From contig JBMNJG010000012.1 of the NCBI GenBank assembly GCA_050951545.1, positions 256,001-320,000 of the forward strand: 64,000 nucleotides of DNA. The letters are read 5' to 3'. The notes under the pieces were generated by a model. That model searched no databases. It had not been told where the DNA came from and worked only from the letters and a program-made list of their open reading frames with translations. Of the stretch, positions 21,436 through 33,148 are shown one piece after another. Source of the DNA: Limnochordia bacterium. Its GTDB lineage: Bacteria > Bacillota > Limnochordia > DTU080. The position numbers and the translations under genes were made by a program. Positions within the stretch are counted from its first letter, which is position 1; every line of letters begins with the position of its first letter.

Positions 21436-23103
21436 TCACAGCGACATAATGACGTTTCGTCCAGCCGTCGAAGTGTCGGAGGGCTTGAGGAGAACCTCCT
21501 TGAGAAGCTCGTGGATTTGCGACACCGGTTTGATCTCCATGTCGGAACTGGACATCGCTGAGAAGCTCTGCTGCCAGTTCTCCTGGGGAATGATGCATCG
21601 CCGGACACCAGCCAGTCGAGCCGCCTCTAGCTTCGCTACAATGCCACCGACTGGTCGAATCAGACCTCGTATTGAGACCTCGCCCGTCATGGCTACCTCG
21701 TTGTCGATAGGCGTTTGCGTGATAGCTGAGTAGATGGCGGTGACCATGGTCACTCCCGCCGACGGACCATCGATGGGAATCCCTCCGGGAAAGTTGACAT
21801 GAATGTCAAAATCTTGGGGACGTAACCTCAGACTTCCACGTAGCACTGTGATGACATTGTCCACGGAGCTGCGAGCGGCGCTTCGCCGGCGCAGTGTTAC
21901 CCCAAGTCCGCCCCCCATCTCCTCCTCTTCCATTACGCCAGTAATCGTCATCTGTCCGTGACCCACCTCTGTAGCAATGGCTGAAGCTTCTACCTCGATT
22001 ACCGTACCTTGATTGGGACCATAGACCGCTAACCCATTGACGCAACCGATCTGAGGACTGGATGGTACCCGTCTATCTTGACGGGGCTGGTACTGACTGG
22101 CGTTGACTACCCACTCTACATCGGCTTGCCTGATCTCCTTGCGGTTTTCCGTCAGCGCCAGTCCACCAGCGATCTGTACAATGTTGACCGCTTCGCGACC
22201 ATTGGTGGCATAGGTGGCGACCACGTCTAGAGCCGGCGCGTGCATCTGCAGACCGATTTTCGTGGCTGCATTGTGAGCAATCACTACTATCTCATCGCGC
22301 CTGAGGGAGCGAAAGAAAACCTCCACGCAGCGTGAACGGATAGCTGGTGGAATCTCGTGCGGCAGACGAGTGGTCGCCCCCACGAGACGAAAGTCTGCAG
22401 GTAGTCCTCGCTGAAACATTTCGTGAATGTGCGGGGGGATGTTGGGATCCTCAGAGCTATAGTATGCGCTTTCCAGGAACACTTTGCGGTCCTCGAGGAC
22501 TTTCAGGAGCTTGTTCATCTGGATGGGGTGCAACTCGCCGATCTCGTCAAGGAAAAGAACTCCTCCATGCGCCTTGGTCACTGCCCCAGGTTTGGGCTGG
22601 GGGATCCCTGCTATTCCCAAAGGGCCAGCCCCTTGGTAGATGGGATCGTGTACAGACCCCATAAGCGGGTCAGCGATGCCCCTATCGTCAAAACGGGACG
22701 TGGTGGCGTCGATCTCAACGAACTTGGCGGACGTGGAGAACGGCGAGAGTGGGTTTCTTTTGGCCTCTTCAAGCACGAGACGAGCCACAGCTGTCTTTCC
22801 TATGCCAGGGGGGCCGTAGATGAGGACGTGCTGCGGGTTGGGTCCACATAACGCAGCCCGCAGCGCTTTGAGGCCCTCTTCTTGTCCAACGATCTCGTCA
22901 AATGATACTGGCCGTGTCCGTTCGGACAACGGTTCGGTGAGAGAAACTGATTTTAGCTTGTGTAGCCGCTCCAGCTCCCTGCGTGACTCGCGGTCGATGG
23001 CTGATTTGTTGCCCTGTTGCGAACGCAGCAGATTCCAGAAATACAGACCGATCACGACAGCGAAAAAGAAGTTCACTAATCCAAAGATGCCCATCATATC
23101 CAC
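21436..23103 (-). CDS. lonB: Sporulation ATP-dependent protease LonB
   Basis: N-terminal TM helix, SLTEPLSERTRP, GPPGIGKT, PIDGPSAG (Ser) and VAKLEAA (Lys). Confidence 0.94.
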   Translation of the reverse strand: MDMMGIFGLVNFFFAVVIGLYFWNLLRSQQGNKSAIDRESRRELERLHKLKSVSLTEPLSERTRPVSFDEIVGQEEGLKALRAALCGPNPQHVLIYGPPGIGKTAVARLVLEEAKRNPLSPFSTSAKFVEIDATTSRFDDRGIADPLMGSVHDPIYQGAGPLGIAGIPQPKPGAVTKAHGGVLFLDEIGELHPIQMNKLLKVLEDRKVFLESAYYSSEDPNIPPHIHEMFQRGLPADFRLVGATTRLPHEIPPAIRSRCVEVFFRSLRRDEIVVIAHNAATKIGLQMHAPALDVVATYATNGREAVNIVQIAGGLALTENRKEIRQADVEWVVNASQYQPRQDRRVPSSPQIGCVNGLAVYGPNQGTVIEVEASAIATEVGHGQMTITGVMEEEEMGGGLGVTLRRRSAARSSVDNVITVLRGSLRLRPQDFDIHVNFPGGIPIDGPSAGVTMVTAIYSAITQTPIDNEVAMTGEVSIRGLIRPVGGIVAKLEAARLAGVRRCIIPQENWQQSFSAMSSSDMEIKPVSQIHELLKEVLLKPSDTSTAGRNVIMSL

Positions 23104-23184
23104 AGCCCCCAGCCCCCTGACGCATCAAGCTTTGGTTCTAGTATGGGCCCAGGGGGCTGCGAATAATCTCAGACGGAGCGTTTT

Positions 23185-26056
23185 CTACTGCTCTACAGCG
23201 AGGTTGATCACTCCGTTCGCGTAGCTCCAATGTGAGGCAGCAAGCTTCACTCCGTTGACAAGCACCTCTTCAGGAGCATCGGTCGCGGTAAGATCAACAT
23301 GGATCTTGTCGCTGGCTGGTATCTGCAGGCTCAGTACCCGAGAACCTTTCTCATCTGACTCCCAGGCCACCCCAATGTCAACCGGAGAATCGGAGCTAAA
23401 GATTGGACGTCCCCCTTCATGAATTCTGGTTGCGCCAATGGCCATGAAGGCGTCATCGCTCCATGCAATAGCAGCGGCATCAGTGGCGTAACCTGCGACT
23501 TCCATCATGCCTCTGATCGTCGCGAAATGCAACGACTTGCTCAGCGTCGCCAACTCGTATCTTGGCTGCATAGCCGTTGATTGCTGCCAGCGCAGCTACA
23601 GTTGGTGCCGCGGCTGCAAATTCAGCCCTTGGGCGAGGTATCATGATGGTGAAAAAGCGTCCGACGCCATCTGCAGTCTCGGAGTTGGCAGTCAAGTGCC
23701 ATTGCAGTGCCTTTCCTGCATCCCTGTCTTCAGGGAGAACCGTGAACTGATCCGTCTGTGAAATCTCCAGGCCTTTTGGGGTAACGAAGTACGTCCACAT
23801 CTCCGCTGTATCGGCCGGGACTCGGACACGCTGAGCATGTGCGTCGATCTCCATCTCCTGCTGCGTATGCAACAGCCAGTCATAGGTGGCTGGGCGACCA
23901 GCCTCCAGCTGGTCAAAGATCGCGATAACACCAGGCTTGATGAACCACAGGTGACGCCAGAAACGCTTGACCCTACCCTGGTATGCTTGTGTGGCATCCC
24001 CTAACACATAGTCAAACTGCGGGCCAAAAGAGGCCGCCCTGATATCTCCTTTGGCGTTGATACTCTGGACGCCCTGGCCCACACCGTCCACCAGAATCGT
24101 GTTCTTCGAACGGCTTTCCCAGGTCCATGTCTTGTGGTGAGGACTGCCATACCACGGATAGTAACCGGAGGAGATAGCAAGAGGTGAACCGTATGCTTCG
24201 ATCATGAAGCTGTTCTGTTCTGCATGGCTGTGGTTAAAGGAACCGTAGGGACTGCTCTTGAATTTCACATGCACATTGTTCTTAGAGTCGCTCATGTCAA
24301 TGTTCATCAACGCCCAACCAACATCCGCAAAAAGCCGAGACTGTGGGAAGTTCTCCGGGATTTCTGGAGATATCATGGCCTCGACCGACTCAGGCGCCCA
24401 GACATACCCACGGAAATCCTTCATAGGTAGCGCTGGCACTCTGCCCATGCCAGTGATCTCATGTACGTACCATTGAAGGGCCGGGTCTTTGTGGAGTTGC
24501 GCAAAGCGGCCGACAACCAAGGCAGCACCCTGACCTGGTGGTCCGTCGGCGTGATCGCCAAAAGCCCCGAATTTACTCTTGGGCGGATGAGCATACAGTT
24601 TGAAGTAGGCGGTGTTTCGGAAGAAGGGTTTTTCAGCTAGATTCAGTCCCGTAGCAGTGTGCAGGGCGTCCAGGAACTCTAGGACCCACGAAATGTACGA
24701 CTGCCAGTAGCTGACGCCCTGAGACCACCCACCTTCATCGCCACCAAAGGCGGGATACTTGAACAGGAAAAGCCCGACGATGTAGTCAAACCAGATCTCT
24801 GCTTCAGGGAAGTCGCCCATGAAGGCGATCGCTGCTTGGCCAAGAAAACCCATCGTTCGTACCAGGTGGTTATCGAGCAGTGTGTTCTCGAAGCCAGTAC
24901 GACGCATCGCCCGGTAGACATCGTTGCCGCGCTCCCGAATGCACTCTTGGACCAGGGCTCTTTCTTTGGGGCTTAACACTGGGTGAAGCCAGTCATAGGC
25001 TCGGCTCATGCTATACAACAGGCGCATCGACACCTCATCGTTGATAGAACGGCTGCTTGTTCCACTCGGGTCCCAGTTAGCTACATGCAGTAGAAGCTTC
25101 TTGCCTGCATCAGCATAGCGCTGCTCGCCAGATATCAGGAATCCGAAGGCCAGAGCATCTAGGTTTTGGACAACACTTGATGCGATAGTGATTCCTTCGC
25201 GCCATAGTGTGACGTCGAAGACGCGTTCAGGGTAACAGTTAGGCGGCTCTGGGGGTAATGGTGCCACTGAGCCTACGATGGCTTGAACATTGATCTCTTT
25301 CCAGACCATGTCAACAAGCAAGGAGCGCTTGCGTTTGTCGCGCAGATTCTGCAATGTCTCAGGACGCGCAAAAAGGCGTGGCCTTCCTTCGGGGATCTCT
25401 GCCCGAACCTCAGCTAGAGAGTGCACTCCCAAAGGCGCCTCTGAAAAGTCCCACTGCACCTGGGGTATGTTGGCGATACTCATTGGATCGGCCGCAGTGC
25501 CCTTCTCCGCTGCCTCCAGGGAGACCTCATCGTAGTAGGCCACCCCGGTATTGGCGAGATGAGCGTAGAGCAATAGTGTGATGCTCGTGGTCCCTTTGGG
25601 CGCCTGCTGAGCAATCTGGACGGGTGTCCATCCGCCTGTGGGTGAGGCCGATGCGATCCCTCTGTCGATGCGTTCGCCCTGATCGTCCCAGAACTCGAGA
25701 TAGAGTTGGCCAGACCCACTCTCCACGTATGCATGGACCTGTGCAGTGTAGATGAGGCCCTCTGTCGCTGGGATGGAGGCGCTACGCAGCCCGGCACTTA
25801 CTCGGTCGGAAGGATCATTAATGCAGATACTGTAACGGTCTTTGAAGGCTCGTTTGTCAGAAAGAGTGATCTCCCTGCCGTACTCCTTTACCGAGAACAA
25901 GGAGGGCCATCCAACCGGAAGGCCGTTGTCGGCGAGCCCGTCCTCAAAACTAGCGTTCGGCACATGAATGGGCTCAGCGAAAGCAAAGGCTGGAAAAAAC
26001 AAGCAAAGCACCAAGAACAGCTTGGTTAGTCTGGAGCAGGGACCAATCATGTACAT
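23185..26056 (-). pseudogene. Secreted polysaccharide lyase-like protein (CBM + DUF4962 + heparinase II/III-like domain), frameshifted near 23512
   Basis: Signal peptide, PNASFE CBM-like domain, RPRLF, DNH, GGWSQGVSYW, NHSHAEQNSF; ORF 23480-26056 continues in another frame as 23185-23571. Confidence 0.75.
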
Positions 26057-26134
26057 TCCTTCCCCTCGTGTTGAACTCAAGACAACACTTAGTCGGCATG
26101 GTAGCTTCTCCTGCGAGCAAGGAAAGCACTGCAT

Positions 26135-26168
26135 GAAAAAGCGGCACCCGGGTTTCCCGGATGCCGCC
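26135..26168 (-). terminator. Rho-independent terminator after clpX
   Basis: GCGGCATCCGGG-AAA-CCCGGGTGCCGC followed by TTTTT. Confidence 0.85.
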
Positions 26169-26181
26169 ATTGAGCCTGTTC

Positions 26182-27438
26182 TCAAGCTGTCTCTTCTTTC
26201 TCTTTTCGGTCCACACGAATCAGTCGCGGTTTTTCGGTACCGGCAATGGCTTCCTTTGTGACAATGCAGCGTTTGACCTTGTCGTCAGACGGTATATCGA
26301 ACATAATCTCCATCATGTTCTCCTCAAAGATAGACCGCAGTCCTCGAGCTCCCGTCTTGCGGGCCATGGCCTGGATTGCTACTTCTCGCAATGCGTCCTC
26401 GTTAAACTCAAGCTCTACCCCGTCCATCTCAAACAGCTTCGTGAACTGCTTGACGAGGGCGTTTTTGGGCTCGACAAGAATGCGTACCAAAGCCTCTTCG
26501 TCTAGCGCATCCAATGCGACCACGACTGGCAGACGTCCGATGAACTCAGGAATCAACCCGTACCGGAGGAGATCCTCAGGCATCACTTGACGAAGCAGAT
26601 CTCCAATCTGCTTTTCCTGCCGAGTCTTCACTTCTGCGCCAAAGCCCATAGACCTGTGTCCGACGCGACGCTCGATGACCTTCTCCAGACCATCGAAGGC
26701 ACCGCCGCAGATGAACAGGATGCTGGCCGTGTCGATCTGGATGAACTCCTGATGAGGGTGCTTGCGTCCACCTTGAGGAGGTACACTTGCCAAAGTTCCT
26801 TCGAGGATCTTGAGCAAAGCTTGCTGTACGCCTTCTCCAGACACATCGCGTGTAATGGAGGGGTTTTCCGATTTCCTCGCTATCTTATCCACTTCATCAA
26901 TGTAGACGATACCCTTCTCAGCGCGCTCAACATCGTATTCGGCCGCCTGAATGAGCTTGAGAAGGATGTTCTCGACGTCTTCGCCGACGTAACCAGCCTC
27001 AGTAAGGGACGTAGCATCCGCAATGGCAAAAGGTACATTGAGGATGCGCGCTAGCGTCTGGGCCAATAGTGTCTTGCCACACCCTGTAGGACCCAGAAGC
27101 AGAATATTGCTCTTCTGTAACTCGATGTCATCGACACGAGCACCGGAATTGATGCGCTTGTAGTGGTTGTAGACAGCGACGGAGAGTGTCTTCTTGGCCT
27201 CTTCCTGGCCGATCACATACTGATCTAGTATGCTCTTGATCTCCTTTGGTTTGGGCACACTGCCAAGATCCACGTCGACATCTTCGTTGAGCTCTTCTTC
27301 AATGATCTCGTTACACAGCTCGATACACTCATCGCAGATATAGACGCCGGGACCGGCTATCAGCTTCTTGACTTGCTCCTGGACTTTGCCACAGAAGGAG
27401 CATTTCAGCTGGCCTTTTTCATCGCCAAACTTGAACAC
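26182..27438 (-). CDS. clpX: ATP-dependent Clp protease ATPase ClpX
   Basis: CSFCGK zinc finger, [18 protein letters not shown]. Confidence 0.98.
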   Translation of the reverse strand: MFKFGDEKGQLKCSFCGKVQEQVKKLIAGPGVYICDECIELCNEIIEEELNEDVDVDLGSVPKPKEIKSILDQYVIGQEEAKKTLSVAVYNHYKRINSGARVDDIELQKSNILLLGPTGCGKTLLAQTLARILNVPFAIADATSLTEAGYVGEDVENILLKLIQAAEYDVERAEKGIVYIDEVDKIARKSENPSITRDVSGEGVQQALLKILEGTLASVPPQGGRKHPHQEFIQIDTASILFICGGAFDGLEKVIERRVGHRSMGFGAEVKTRQEKQIGDLLRQVMPEDLLRYGLIPEFIGRLPVVVALDALDEEALVRILVEPKNALVKQFTKLFEMDGVELEFNEDALREVAIQAMARKTGARGLRSIFEENMMEIMFDIPSDDKVKRCIVTKEAIAGTEKPRLIRVDRKEKEETA

Positions 27439-27454
27439 CTCATCACCTCTTGGA

Positions 27455-28054
27455 TCAAGCTTCCGGCGCTCTGGAACTGCGCAGTACGTCGTCGATCAAT
27501 CCGTATGCAACCGCTTCCTCGGCTGACATATAGTAGTTGCGGTCGGTGTCTTGCTGTACCATCTCTACTGACCGCCCTGTATGGTTAGCGATAATCTCGT
27601 TGGCTATGCTCTTCAGCCTTAGTATCTCCCGAGCCTCGATCTCTACCTCTTTGGCCTGACCCTGGGCACCACCCATGGGTTGGTGGATCATGATCCTCGA
27701 ATAGGGCAGCGCTTTACGCTTCCCCTTTGCACCCGCTGTAAGCAGTATGGCAGCCATGCTTGCAGCCATACCCACGCAAAATGTGGCTACGTCGGGCCTA
27801 ATGTACTGTATCGTATCGTAAATGGCTAATCCGGCGTACACCAACCCACCAGGGCTGTTGATGTATAAGATAACGTCTTTCTCCGGATCTTCCGCCTCTA
27901 AGAAAAGCATCTGGGCGATAACCAGGTTAGCCACGTCATCATCAATGAGGCCTCCGAGGAAGATGATGCGCTCTTTGAGCAGGCGGGAATATATGTCGTA
28001 GGCACGCTCGCCCCGATTCGTCTGCTCAACAACCATGGGTATAAGCGCACTCAT
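27455..28054 (-). CDS. clpP: Clp protease proteolytic subunit
   Basis: [30 protein letters not shown]. Confidence 0.98.
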   Translation of the reverse strand: MSALIPMVVEQTNRGERAYDIYSRLLKERIIFLGGLIDDDVANLVIAQMLFLEAEDPEKDVILYINSPGGLVYAGLAIYDTIQYIRPDVATFCVGMAASMAAILLTAGAKGKRKALPYSRIMIHQPMGGAQGQAKEVEIEAREILRLKSIANEIIANHTGRSVEMVQQDTDRNYYMSAEEAVAYGLIDDVLRSSRAPEA

Positions 28055-28099
28055 AGATCCTCATCCTTCCATTTCGGTCTCTATCTTGCGTTCTTAGGC

Positions 28100-29440
28100 C
28101 TACTCGGTCGCACCAGTCGTTGATTCAGGATCGGCCTCGCCAATACCATCCACGAGCTTCTCAGTGATAACGGCATTGTCCACAAGAAACTGAACGGCCT
28201 TACCTACACGGACATCCTGTTGAAGCGCATCGCGCCGTGCGGGTTCCTCATAATATGCGCGGATCTCCTCTGCTCTATCAGTCGCCTGTAGGGCCCACTC
28301 CTCCACGCGTTCGTCTAGTTCTTCTGAGGTTGCCGTGATCCCTTCTTTGTCAGCGATGGCCTCCAACACCAGCCTACGCCGCACGTGCTCCTCTGCCTCG
28401 GGCTTGTACTGCTCCATGAGAGAATCAACGTATTCAGTGGTCAGTAGTGGCCTCGGGTCGATGCCCTGAGCAGCCAGACTCATCGCACCGTCATTGATCA
28501 TGTCCCTTGCTCGCCGTTCGATCAGCAGATCGGGGATCTCGAGCTCAGCTTGTTTGCTTGCTTCGCCAATGAGAGTATTGCGCATCTGCCCATCAGCTTC
28601 GCGTTGCGCTTCTTTTTCCAAGCTTGCTCGAATGTCAGCTCGCAGCTCATCCAGGGTATCGAAGGTGCTGATGTCTTTGGCAAACTCATCGTCAAGCTCG
28701 GGCACCTGTCGCTCCTTGACCTCGTGAACCTCTACGTGAAGAAGAGCCTCTTTCCCAGCGAGTTCACCAAACCTGTCGGGCAGTGCGACCCTTACTTCGC
28801 GTGTCTCGCCAGGCTGAGCTCCGACCAATCCGTCGCTCAGACCCGGAAAGAGATTGTCCTCGCCAATGGCGACAAGTGTATCCTTGCCTGCTCCGCCCGA
28901 AAAAGGCTCCCCGTCCACGAGGCCGGAATAGTCGATCGTGGCATAGTGGCCAACTTCCAGAGCGGTGTCCTCACAGCTCACTAGCTGCGCCTGCTCCTGA
29001 CGAAAACGTTCTAGCACCGCTTCGACATCCGCATCGGTGGGCTGATTGACAATACGTTCTACGGCTAGGCCCTTGTAGCCATGCAAGATGACCTCTGGCT
29101 TGACCTCAACTTCTGCTCGTAGCCTCAGCGCTTCGTGAGCCACATATTCCTCCGCTAAATCCACGCTGGCCACACTAATCGGCTCAATGCCTGTCTCTGC
29201 GACAGCCTCTTGGAAGACATCAGGCCATAGCAGGTCTACAGCCTCCTGGACCAGCGTTTCTGTGCCAAGGCGCCGTTCCAGAACCGAGCGAGGGACGCGC
29301 CCGCGCCGAAATCCCGGGACTGAAAACCGCTGTGCCAAGCGCCGATGTGCTTGCTGCAACGCTTTCTCGACACGGGGCTCCTCGATCTCAATATGCAGGG
29401 ACACCCGGTTTCTCTCGCGCTTCTCTACTGTGGCCTTCAT
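28100..29440 (-). CDS. tig: Trigger factor
   Basis: VPGFRRGRVP, FKBP domain, ELDDEFAK; upstream of clpP. Confidence 0.95.
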   Translation of the reverse strand: MKATVEKRERNRVSLHIEIEEPRVEKALQQAHRRLAQRFSVPGFRRGRVPRSVLERRLGTETLVQEAVDLLWPDVFQEAVAETGIEPISVASVDLAEEYVAHEALRLRAEVEVKPEVILHGYKGLAVERIVNQPTDADVEAVLERFRQEQAQLVSCEDTALEVGHYATIDYSGLVDGEPFSGGAGKDTLVAIGEDNLFPGLSDGLVGAQPGETREVRVALPDRFGELAGKEALLHVEVHEVKERQVPELDDEFAKDISTFDTLDELRADIRASLEKEAQREADGQMRNTLIGEASKQAELEIPDLLIERRARDMINDGAMSLAAQGIDPRPLLTTEYVDSLMEQYKPEAEEHVRRRLVLEAIADKEGITATSEELDERVEEWALQATDRAEEIRAYYEEPARRDALQQDVRVGKAVQFLVDNAVITEKLVDGIGEADPESTTGATE

Positions 29441-29558
29441 CGATGTAAAGCTCCTTCCAGCGTGCAGGTTCGCACTGGGGTGGTAAGCTTCCCCAATAAG
29501 ATGCTAGAAAACACCAGCTACACAAGCAAGAGGGGCCGGGATGGCCCCTCAAGGCTCT

Positions 29559-29641
29559 TGGTGCGGGCGGAGAGATTTGAACTCTCACGGTTGCCCAACG
29601 GATCCTAAGTCCGTCGCGTCTGCCAGTTCCGCCACGCCCGC
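29559..29641 (-). tRNA. tRNA-Leu(TAG)
   Basis: Anticodon arm ACGGA-CTTAGGA-TCCGT, variable arm, encoded CCA. Confidence 0.95.
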
Positions 29642-29729
29642 TCAATGCCACGCCACTATTATGAGGTAATGTGCCGCAATAATCAAGGGCATAAAACTGG
29701 CGAGCCTGTTTTTGGGCCCGCCAGCGAAA

Positions 29730-29807
29730 TGGGGTGAGCGATGGGAGTTGAACCCACGGCCTCCAGGGCCACAACCTGGCGCTCTAACCAACTGAGCTAC
29801 GCCCACC
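29730..29807 (-). tRNA. tRNA-His(GTG)
   Basis: Anticodon arm CCAGG-TTGTGGC-CCTGG, encoded G-1 and CCA. Confidence 0.95.
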
Positions 29808-29821
29808 ATGATGCACTTGTT

Positions 29822-29897
29822 TGGCGCGCCTGGGAGGATTCGAACCCCCGGCCAAGAGCTTAGAAGGCTCCTGCTCTTTCCCCTGAGCTACAGGCGC
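29822..29897 (-). tRNA. tRNA-Arg(TCT)
   Basis: Anticodon loop CTTCTAA, GTTCGAATC, encoded CCA. Confidence 0.95.
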
Positions 29898-29903
29898 TTG
29901 ACA

Positions 29904-29977
<74 letters not shown>

Positions 29978-29989
29978 ATCGCAGGACCC

Positions 29990-30018
29990 ATTATACAGGT
30001 AACAGCCGCCTTATGCAA
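29990..30018 (-). promoter_or_regulatory. Sigma-A promoter of tRNA-Gly/Arg/His
   Basis: TTGCAT-17-TATAAT. Confidence 0.75.
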
Positions 30019-30124
30019 GGGACAGAGGACACAGCTGTAATTGTACCCGGAAACCAGGCCTTCGTCAAGCAAAACGATCGATGCCGAGGCCAGCCTATGC
30101 CATACGCAGATCGCCTCAGATCAC

Positions 30125-30154
30125 AAAAGGCCCGTGGGCAACCACGGGCCTTTT
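30125..30154. terminator. Bidirectional intrinsic terminator after tRNA-Pro
   Basis: AAAAGGCCCGTGG-GCAA-CCACGGGCCTTTT. Confidence 0.85.
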
Positions 30155-30156
30155 AG

Positions 30157-30234
30157 TGGTCGGGGCGGCGAGATTCGAACTCGCGGCCTCCTGCTCCCAA
30201 AGCAGGCGCGCTAGCCAAACTGCGCCACGCCCCG
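30157..30234 (-). tRNA. tRNA-Pro(TGG)
   Basis: CGGGGCG acceptor, anticodon arm CCTGC-TTTGGGA-GCAGG, encoded CCA; TTGACC/TATAGT promoter upstream. Confidence 0.95.
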
Positions 30235-30286
30235 ATACAAATCGACTATACCACCTCAGTCGTCTGTGGTCAAGACATACATGCAA

Positions 30287-30889
30287 TCACCTATGCTCCA
30301 CCGAGCGTCTTCTGATGTACTCGTATGCTTGGGTCATGGCCCGAGCGCGATGGCTCACTCTGTTCTTGACCTCTGCAGGTACCTCCGCAAAGGTTGCGCC
30401 TAGCTCGAACGAGAAAAAGAGTGGATCGTAGCCAAAACCCGATGTACCGCGCGGCGCCTCTAGAATTCGGCCGTCATGTAGCCCGACGGTGGTCCAAGCG
30501 GGTTTGCCAGGGAGTACGATGGCTACCGCGCATACAAAGCGGGCGCTGCGCTTCTCGCTCGGCACACCCCGCAGCACCTCAATCAGTTTGGCTCGATTAC
30601 TGGCGTCGGTAGCCTTAGGACCCGAGAAACGGGATGAGTGCACACCCGGAGCTCCACCCAGAGCTGCCACCTCAAGGCCAGAATCGTCGGCTAGAGCGGC
30701 ATATCCTGTGAACGTGGCCACTGACTTTGCCTTGAGCAAGGCATTCTCGATAAAGGTAGTGCCCGTTTCGTCCACCTCGGGCACACCCGGAAATTCATCC
30801 AGGCTATGCACTTCAGCCACGTCGACTAGAAGTGATCTTAGCTCTGATATCTTATGCTCATTTCGTGACGCCAGGACGATTGCGAGCAG
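30287..30889 (-). CDS. rdgB: XTP/dITP diphosphatase (Ham1/RdgB)
   Basis: [45 protein letters not shown]; start inferred at CTG 30889. Confidence 0.93.
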   Translation of the reverse strand: MLAIVLASRNEHKISELRSLLVDVAEVHSLDEFPGVPEVDETGTTFIENALLKAKSVATFTGYAALADDSGLEVAALGGAPGVHSSRFSGPKATDASNRAKLIEVLRGVPSEKRSARFVCAVAIVLPGKPAWTTVGLHDGRILEAPRGTSGFGYDPLFFSFELGATFAEVPAEVKNRVSHRARAMTQAYEYIRRRSVEHR

Positions 30890-31640
30890 GAATGCCGCCC
30901 CCTATCTTGGAAGTAATCGTTTCTCCGAGGGCTTCCTTCTGCAAGCGAATGAGGCGCTGGGCCCCGCCGGTAGCGAGATCAAGCATGCTCGCCAACTCAG
31001 ATTGGGTGAAAGGCCCGCCTTCACCAGTGCCCTGTACCTCGACAAAGCGCCCGCTACCTGTCATGATTACATTCATGTCAACAACTGCTGCGGAATCCTC
31101 CTCGTAGCACAGATCGAGCAGAGGAACGCCATCGAGGAGGCCAACACTGATGCCCGCAACGAAATCACCTAGGGGTAGCTTGTCCCAGCCTTTTTGGAGA
31201 GTCAGCTTGTCTAGAGCCAATGCTAGAGCGACGAAAGCACCAGTGACACTGGCAGTTCTGGTTCCGCCATCTGCCTGTATGACATCGCAGTCAACCCACA
31301 CAGTGTAGTCGGCCAGCTTATGAATGTCGGCCACTGCGCGCAAACTCCTGCCGATAAGACGCTGAATCTCCAGAGTGCGCCCTCCTTGCTTCCCGCGAGA
31401 GGCCTCCCGCTGATTACGTGTACAGGTGGCACGAGGCAGCATGCCGTATTCAGCGGTGATCCATCCTTGACCAGTTCCTCGAAGCCAGTAGGGTACCCGA
31501 TCCTCGAAGGAGACAGTGCACAAGACCCGGGTGTCGCCAGCTTCGACAAGAACGGAGCCCTCGGCATACTTCGTGTAGCCTGGCACTATCCGAAAAGGTC
31601 GCAGCTCATCGGCGGCACGACCATCGATACGTTTTGTCAT
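30858..31640 (-). CDS. rph: Ribonuclease PH
   Basis: [42 protein letters not shown]; ATG at 31640 after GGAGG. Confidence 0.97.
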   Translation of the reverse strand: MTKRIDGRAADELRPFRIVPGYTKYAEGSVLVEAGDTRVLCTVSFEDRVPYWLRGTGQGWITAEYGMLPRATCTRNQREASRGKQGGRTLEIQRLIGRSLRAVADIHKLADYTVWVDCDVIQADGGTRTASVTGAFVALALALDKLTLQKGWDKLPLGDFVAGISVGLLDGVPLLDLCYEEDSAAVVDMNVIMTGSGRFVEVQGTGEGGPFTQSELASMLDLATGGAQRLIRLQKEALGETITSKIGGGIPARNRPGVTK

Positions 31641-31666
31641 GGAGAACCTCCCTAGTCTTGTTGCTT

Positions 31667-33061
31667 TCACGGGCGAGCTGTTATACGGGGTGCGACCAAC
31701 GTCCGCACAATCTCCCGAAATTGTACGCCACGTTCCTCGTAACTGCGAAACATGTCGTAACTGGCGCAGGCAGGTGAAAGAAGAATCGCATCGCCTCTAT
31801 CCGCGTAGCGTCTAGCCATGGCCACAGCCCCTGCCAAATCGTGAGTCTGCAAGATCGGGGGCGCGTCTCGGCCCATTCTGTCGGCGGCGTCACGAATCGC
31901 CGCAGCGATTTTCTCCTGAGTGGCCCCCAGAAGCACGACTGCCTTGGTCTTGCCCAGAGCAACTTCGGCCATCTCACCGAACGGCAGATGCTTGTCATAG
32001 CCTCCGGCGATCAAGACAACTGGTCGCGAAAAGGAATGCAAAGCAGCTATCGTACCTGTGGGTGTCGTGGCCTTGGAGTCATTGTAGAAGGCTACACCAT
32101 CGAGCTCCTGCACGAACTCTAGGCGATGCTCTACCCCTGAGAAGCTTGTAATCACATCATGCATGATGTCCGATGGGCAGTCTGTGAGGTCTGCCACAGT
32201 TACGGCAGCTAGTACGTTTTCCAGATTGTGAGCGCCCAGCAAGCGAATGTCTTGTACGTGACAGACTTCCTCGAGATGTCCTGCTCGCGAGATCATCACT
32301 CGTTCGCCTATGACACAGGCCCCCCTGCTGGGCTGTTTCGAACGGCTAAACCAGGCGAGCTGCCCCACGGCTTCGGTTCCCATGAGGCGAGTCGTTCTAT
32401 TGTCAGAATTGAGGATGAGCCAGTCTTGGGGATTCTGGAACTGAAAGACCCGTTTCTTTGCTGCAATATACTCATCCATATTCCTATGTACGTCTAGGTG
32501 ATTCGGCGAGACATTGGTTATCAGAGCGATCTGTGGAGAACGCTGCAACAGTTGCAGTTGGAAGCTTGACAGCTCTAGGAGAACCCAGGTGTCGCTCGAC
32601 AGGGCGTCCACTTCTTCGAGCAAGGGTCTGCCGATATTTCCGCCAACATGAGTTGCCAGTCCCGAAGCCGTGAGAATCTCCGCCAGCAGTAGCGTTGTCG
32701 TCGTCTTACCGCTCGATCCGGTGATGCCGATGATCGGAGCTCGGCACTCTGAGAAAAACAGGTTCATCTCACTCGACAGCACTACCCCACGGCGCTCCGC
32801 TTCTATGAGTGGGGGGAGACTTAGCGGTACCCCAGGCGCCAGCATCAAGTACTCAAAGCGCTCGAGATTGCCGAGGTAGTCTGGGCCAAGCTGAAACTCG
32901 ACGCCAAGCGCAGACAACTCGGTGTATCGCTGTCCTAGCGAGCTCTGGCTTTTCTGATCGCAAGCGGTGATTAGAGCACCCTTACTAGCCAGATATCTGG
33001 CAACCGCAACGTTGCTGATACCTAGACCAACGACCGCGACACGCCTGCCTTTCCACGACAC
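31667..33061 (-). CDS. murD: UDP-MurNAc-L-Ala:D-Glu ligase
   Basis: [45 protein letters not shown]. Confidence 0.95.
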   Translation of the reverse strand: MSWKGRRVAVVGLGISNVAVARYLASKGALITACDQKSQSSLGQRYTELSALGVEFQLGPDYLGNLERFEYLMLAPGVPLSLPPLIEAERRGVVLSSEMNLFFSECRAPIIGITGSSGKTTTTLLLAEILTASGLATHVGGNIGRPLLEEVDALSSDTWVLLELSSFQLQLLQRSPQIALITNVSPNHLDVHRNMDEYIAAKKRVFQFQNPQDWLILNSDNRTTRLMGTEAVGQLAWFSRSKQPSRGACVIGERVMISRAGHLEEVCHVQDIRLLGAHNLENVLAAVTVADLTDCPSDIMHDVITSFSGVEHRLEFVQELDGVAFYNDSKATTPTGTIAALHSFSRPVVLIAGGYDKHLPFGEMAEVALGKTKAVVLLGATQEKIAAAIRDAADRMGRDAPPILQTHDLAGAVAMARRYADRGDAILLSPACASYDMFRSYEERGVQFREIVRTLVAPRITARP

Positions 33062-33148
33062 TAGTTCACACCTCACCTTGCGGAACAATCGCTTTAGTGG
33101 GAGACTGATCATTGCCCTCGACAGCTCCTGAACTCTGGGGCACTTGCA

